Assembly: GCA_009377665.1 (NCBI GenBank)
Contig: WHTO01000002.1
Span: 1-33,242 of the forward strand
Direction of reading: 5' to 3'
DNA: 33,242 nt
Source: Dehalococcoidia bacterium
GTDB taxonomy: Bacteria > Chloroflexota > Dehalococcoidia > WHTO01
Shown: positions 28,197-33,242 of the stretch, piece by piece
How positions within the stretch are numbered: the first letter of the stretch is position 1
Layout of the letters: each line of letters starts with the position of its first letter
Position numbers and translations under genes: made by a program
The notes under the pieces: model-generated
The model's database searches: none
Seen by the model: the letters and a program-made list of their open reading frames with translations, nothing else
Told to the model about the DNA's origin: nothing

Positions 28197-28230
28197 ATGA
28201 TGCCTGAACCGCGCGTCAATTACTGTCGCG
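28197..28230 (-). promoter_or_regulatory. Candidate WYL operator/promoter: CGCGACA-N5-TGACGCG pseudo-palindrome overlapping TGACGC-N10-CATCAT
   Basis: Inverted repeat with one mismatch at 28212-28230; -10-like CATCAT at 28202-28197. Confidence 0.6.
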
Positions 28231-28359
28231 TGCCGCAGAGTGCGCGACACTTCTATAGTTGTCCGGACATTCACGGGGTTCGCTCGATGCGACACCGTGC
28301 TCAACGCAGCCAGGCCGGCCGGCGGGCAGCCCGACCCCCGCGCTCGCTAGGATGCAAGC

Positions 28360-29373
28360 GTGGCGTCCGTCTTAAAAGACCTGCTCGGGAGACCGCTGCG
28401 CGACCTGCGCATCTCGGTCACCGACCGCTGCAACTTCCGTTGCACCTATTGCATGCCGAAGGAGGTCTTCGGCAAGGAGTTCCAGTTCCTGCCGCGCGCC
28501 GGCCTCCTGACCTTTGAGGAGATCACCAGGCTGTCGCGCATCTTCATCAGCCAGGGCGTGAGGAAGCTGCGCATCACCGGCGGCGAGCCACTCCTGCGCC
28601 GCGACCTGCCGCGCCTGGTCGCCCAGCTCAGGGCCATCGACAAGGGCGTCGACCTGACCCTGACGACCAACGGCTCGCTCCTCAAGGAGCAGGCCCACGA
28701 CCTCAAGGCCGCCGGCCTGAGCCGCATCACGGTCAGCCTGGACTCCCTCGATGACGCCGTTTTCAGGGCCATGAACGACGTTGATTTTCCCGTGACCCGG
28801 GTGCTCGACGGCATCGAGGCGGCGAGGGCAGCGGGCCTCGTGCCGATCAAGATCAACACCGTCGTCAAGCGCGGCGTCAACGACGACCATGTGGTGGACC
28901 TCGCCCGCCACTTCCGCGGCACGGGGTTCACCGTCCGCTTCATCGAGTACATGGATGTCGGCAGCACAAACGGCTGGCGCCTCGACGATGTCGTGCCGGC
29001 CGCAGAAGTGATCCAGAGGATCAGCGCCGAGATGCCCCTTGAGCCCCTCGATTCCCAGTACCGGGGCGAGGTAGCCGAGCGCTGGCGCTATCGCGACGGC
29101 GGCGGCGAGGTCGGTGTCATCGCCTCCGTCACCCAGCCCTTCTGCCAGGACTGCACGCGCGCCCGCCTGTCGGCCGATGGCGCCCTCTACACCTGCCTCT
29201 TTGCGACGACCGGGCAGGACCTCCGCTCGCTGCTGCGCAATGGCGCCACCGACGACGATATCGTCGCGACCCTTGCCACGATCTGGGGCCGTCGCGACGA
29301 CCGCTACTCCGAGATCCGCTCCGAGGAGACTGCAGGGGCCGCCAGGGTAGAGATGTCCCGCATCGGCGGCTGA
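28360..29373 (+). CDS. moaA: GTP 3',8-cyclase MoaA
   Basis: [34 protein letters not shown]...TCLF, C-terminal GG. Confidence 0.97.
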   Translation: MASVLKDLLGRPLRDLRISVTDRCNFRCTYCMPKEVFGKEFQFLPRAGLLTFEEITRLSRIFISQGVRKLRITGGEPLLRRDLPRLVAQLRAIDKGVDLTLTTNGSLLKEQAHDLKAAGLSRITVSLDSLDDAVFRAMNDVDFPVTRVLDGIEAARAAGLVPIKINTVVKRGVNDDHVVDLARHFRGTGFTVRFIEYMDVGSTNGWRLDDVVPAAEVIQRISAEMPLEPLDSQYRGEVAERWRYRDGGGEVGVIASVTQPFCQDCTRARLSADGALYTCLFATTGQDLRSLLRNGATDDDIVATLATIWGRRDDRYSEIRSEETAGAARVEMSRIGG

Positions 29374-29478
29374 CCGCCTGTCGGTGCGCCTGATTCCCGT
29401 GGGGTGAGGGCAGGCCTCTCCCACAGGCCGTTCTCCTACGCCATCGACGCTCAGCCCTGCGTTAGGGGCCGGCAACCG

Positions 29479-29588
29479 TATAATTAGCGGAGTAACCAGA
29501 ATCTCGCCCCAATCTCCAGGGGTGCCCGCGCGGGCACCTTCTTTTTGCGGGCGATCCTGGCCTACCTGATTCAAGGAGGCAATCGAAT
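29479..29588 (+). promoter_or_regulatory. rpsB promoter (-10 TATAAT) and structured 5' leader
   Basis: TATAAT at 29479-29484; hairpin at 29521-29538 followed by TTCTTTTT; SD AAGGAGG. Confidence 0.6.
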
Positions 29589-30564
29589 ATGGCAGCACCA
29601 TCAGTTTCCATGAAGGCCCTGCTCGAAGCAGGCGTCCACTTCGGCCACCAGACACGGCGCTGGGATCCACGCATGCGGCGCTTCATCTTTACCGAGCGCA
29701 ACGGCATCCACATCCTCGACCTGCAGCAAACCGTTGGCCGCCTGCAGGCCGCGATGGACTTCGCGCGTGACACCGCCGCCGACGGCGGCCTGGTCCTGTT
29801 CGTCGGTACCAAGAAGCAGGCCGTCGAGACCATCGAGCAGGAAGCCACCCGCGCCGGCATGCCCTACGTCACCAACCGCTGGCTCGGCGGTACGCTGACC
29901 AACTTCAACACCATTCAATCGCGGATCGACCACCTGGCGCGCCTCGAGAACCAGAAGTCGCGCGGCGAGTTCGAGCGGCTGATCAAGAAGGAAGCGCTCC
30001 TCCTCGACGAAGAGATCGTGCGCCTCAACCGCTTCTTCGGCGGCATCAAGGAGATGCAGAGGCCCCCCGCCGCCCTCTACGTCGTCGACTGCGTCAAGGA
30101 GCACATCGCGATCGCCGAGGCCCTGCGCCTGGGCATCCCGATCGTGGCCATGGTCGACACCAACTGCAACCCGGACGAGATTGACTACCCCGTGCCCTCG
30201 AACGATGACGCCATCAGGGCCATCAAGCTAATCACGGCCCGGATCGCCGACGCCATCGTCGAAGGCACGCGCATGCGCGAGTTCGCCGAGGAGGCAGGCC
30301 TCGAAGCCGAAGACATGACACTCGAAGAGTACGCCGAGGGCTACTCCGCCTCGCCCGACGACAGCGGCCCCGAGACGCCTCCGGCCGAAGGCGAGGCGCC
30401 CGCCGAGGCTGAGGCGCCCCTGGACCCGGCCGAGGAGCTGGCGCGCACGCGAGCCGAGCTGGCACGGGCGCGTGCCGAGCTGGCCCGGGCCAAGCACGAG
30501 GCCGCACAGGTCGTCGGGGGACAGGGCGACACCACCACCACCACAAGTGACCAGGAGACGAGCG

Positions 30565-30581
<17 letters not shown>
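29589..30581 (+). CDS. rpsB: 30S ribosomal protein S2 with long C-terminal extension
   Basis: [39 protein letters not shown]. Confidence 0.98.
30435..30497 (+). repeat. Degenerate 21-bp x3 coding repeat ([21 protein letters not shown])
   Basis: GAGCTGGC units at 30435, 30456 and 30477. Confidence 0.8.
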
Positions 30582-31849
<1,268 letters not shown>

Positions 31850-31905
31850 CCTGGCAACCCCCAATCGCGGAGTCGCATCTATCCTTGAGCACGGGAGGGA
31901 CATCC

Positions 31906-32463
31906 GTGATTAACGACGTACTGGCTGACGCCCGCGACCGCATGGGCAAAGCGATCGAAGCGACCAGGCGGGAGTTTGGTGGAGTGCGCACCGGCCGCGC
32001 CAATCCGAGCCTGGTAGAGAACATCAAGGTTGACTACTACGGCACTCCGACGCTCATCAAGCAGCTAGCCAACATCAACGTCCCCGAGGCGCGCCTGCTG
32101 ACGCTCCAGGTCTACGACAAGGGCGCAGTCGGCGCCGTCGAGAAGGCCTTGCGCTCGGCCAACCTTGGCCTGAACCCGGCCAACGATGGCAACCTGATCA
32201 GGCTGGCCATCCCCCAACTCACCGAGCAACGACGCAAGGAGCTCGTGAAGATGGTCCACGGTAAGGCGGAGGAGGGCCGAGTGTCCGTGCGCAACGTGCG
32301 CCGCGACGCCATGGAGCGCATCCGCCAGGCGCGCAAGGACAAGGAGGTCGGGGAGGACGACGAGAAGCGCGCCGAGGGCGAGCTGCAGAAGCTCACCGAC
32401 CAGTTCGTCAAGGACATCGACCGGCTGAGTCACGAGAAAGAGGCCGAGGTCCTGGAGGTCTGA
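31906..32463 (+). CDS. frr: Ribosome recycling factor
   Basis: VRTGRANP, VDYYG, LTEQRRKELVK, VRNVRRDA. GTG start after GGAGG. Confidence 0.97.
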   Translation: MINDVLADARDRMGKAIEATRREFGGVRTGRANPSLVENIKVDYYGTPTLIKQLANINVPEARLLTLQVYDKGAVGAVEKALRSANLGLNPANDGNLIRLAIPQLTEQRRKELVKMVHGKAEEGRVSVRNVRRDAMERIRQARKDKEVGEDDEKRAEGELQKLTDQFVKDIDRLSHEKEAEVLEV

Positions 32464-32465
32464 CG

Positions 32466-33221
32466 TTGCCCAGCCCGTCCCGCGCCAGCACGACGCACCC
32501 CGTGGATCCAGCTGAGAACGGCTGCGCCCCGCCGCCTCCCCAGCACGTGGCCATCATCATGGACGGTAACGGGCGCTGGGCCCGCGCCCGCGGCAAGGAT
32601 CGCAACTTCGGCCACCGCGCCGGTACCGAGAACATCCGCAACATCATCCGCCTCTTCGGCGAGTGCGACGTGCGCTACCTGACCCTTTACGCTTTCTCGA
32701 CCGAAAACTGGTCGCGTCCGAAGAGCGAGGTCCGGGCCCTGACCAGGCTGATCGGGCAGGTGTTGAAGCGCGAGGTCAAGAAGATGCATCGTGAGGGGGT
32801 GCGCCTGCACCACATCGGCCGCCTCGACGCCCTCGACGAGGGGCTGCGGCGGCAGGTGCAGGACGCGATAGAGCTGACGAAGGACAACGAGCGCATAAAC
32901 GTCGTGCTGGCCTGGAACTACGGCGGACGCGGCGAGATCGTGGACGCCGTCAGGCAGCTAATCACCGAAGGTATGGGCGCCGAAGCGATAGACGAGCAGG
33001 CCATTGAAAGTCGCCTCTACACCAGCGGCCTACCCGACCCCGACCTCGTCATCCGCACAGCCGGCGAGATGCGGCTGTCCAACTTTCTCGTCTGGCAGGC
33101 GGCCTACGCCGAGTTCTGGTCGACGCCAACGTTGTGGCCGGATTTCGGCGCCGCCGAGATCGACGCCGCCCTCAGCGCCTACGCCGAGCGCACGCGCAAA
33201 TTCGGCGCCGTCGTCGAGTGA
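32466..33221 (+). CDS. uppS: Undecaprenyl diphosphate synthase
   Basis: HVAIIMDGNGRWA, YAFSTENWSRP, NYGGR, IRTAGEMRLSNFLVWQ. Confidence 0.97.
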   Translation: MPSPSRASTTHPVDPAENGCAPPPPQHVAIIMDGNGRWARARGKDRNFGHRAGTENIRNIIRLFGECDVRYLTLYAFSTENWSRPKSEVRALTRLIGQVLKREVKKMHREGVRLHHIGRLDALDEGLRRQVQDAIELTKDNERINVVLAWNYGGRGEIVDAVRQLITEGMGAEAIDEQAIESRLYTSGLPDPDLVIRTAGEMRLSNFLVWQAAYAEFWSTPTLWPDFGAAEIDAALSAYAERTRKFGAVVE

Positions 33222-33242
33222 TGCGGGTCAGCGCCACCACGC

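Noticed and set aside
28270-28359. Moco riboswitch upstream of moaA
   Set aside because: A -10 hexamer sits 6 nt before the GTG, leaving no leader, and no Moco consensus is recognisable.
28372-29670. 432-aa minus-strand ORF, and similar long ORFs at 6174-7175, 7247-8227, 14943-16019, 18724-19731, 23928-25013 and 26598-27530
   Set aside because: They overlap well-supported genes in antisense or alternative frames and lack domain signatures.

Overview
GC-rich bacterial chromosomal segment. Gene content (short ~167-aa EF-Ts, membrane-anchored double-zinc-ribbon protein, long class II aldolase) suggests Chloroflexota/Dehalococcoidia, which is an inference. Left to right: (1) a decayed IS481 region with two IS ends at CTAG sites, one interrupted gene and one gene remnant; (2) an FmdB-type zinc-ribbon gene and cdsA-dxr-rseP on the minus strand; (3) a candidate surface-polysaccharide locus: a coiled-coil scaffold-like protein, a processive GT2 synthase, a Tat-exported DUF2334-like deacetylase and a divergent GH113-like hydrolase; (4) aldolase, MFS transporter, an unlisted 59-aa ORF, tRNA-Val and an M50-CBS protease; (5) a DNA-repair cluster: frameshifted pcrA/uvrD and a translationally coupled WYL regulator-addB-addA-like operon with a DriD/PafBC-like operator, followed by an atypical OmpR-family regulator and tRNA-Phe; (6) moaA and rpsB-tsf-pyrH-frr-uppS. 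The best candidates for an undescribed system are the WYL-controlled AddAB-like repair module and the scaffold + synthase + deacetylase + GH113 polysaccharide module. No CRISPR array, integrase or prophage is visible. All family calls come from motif recognition, not database searches.
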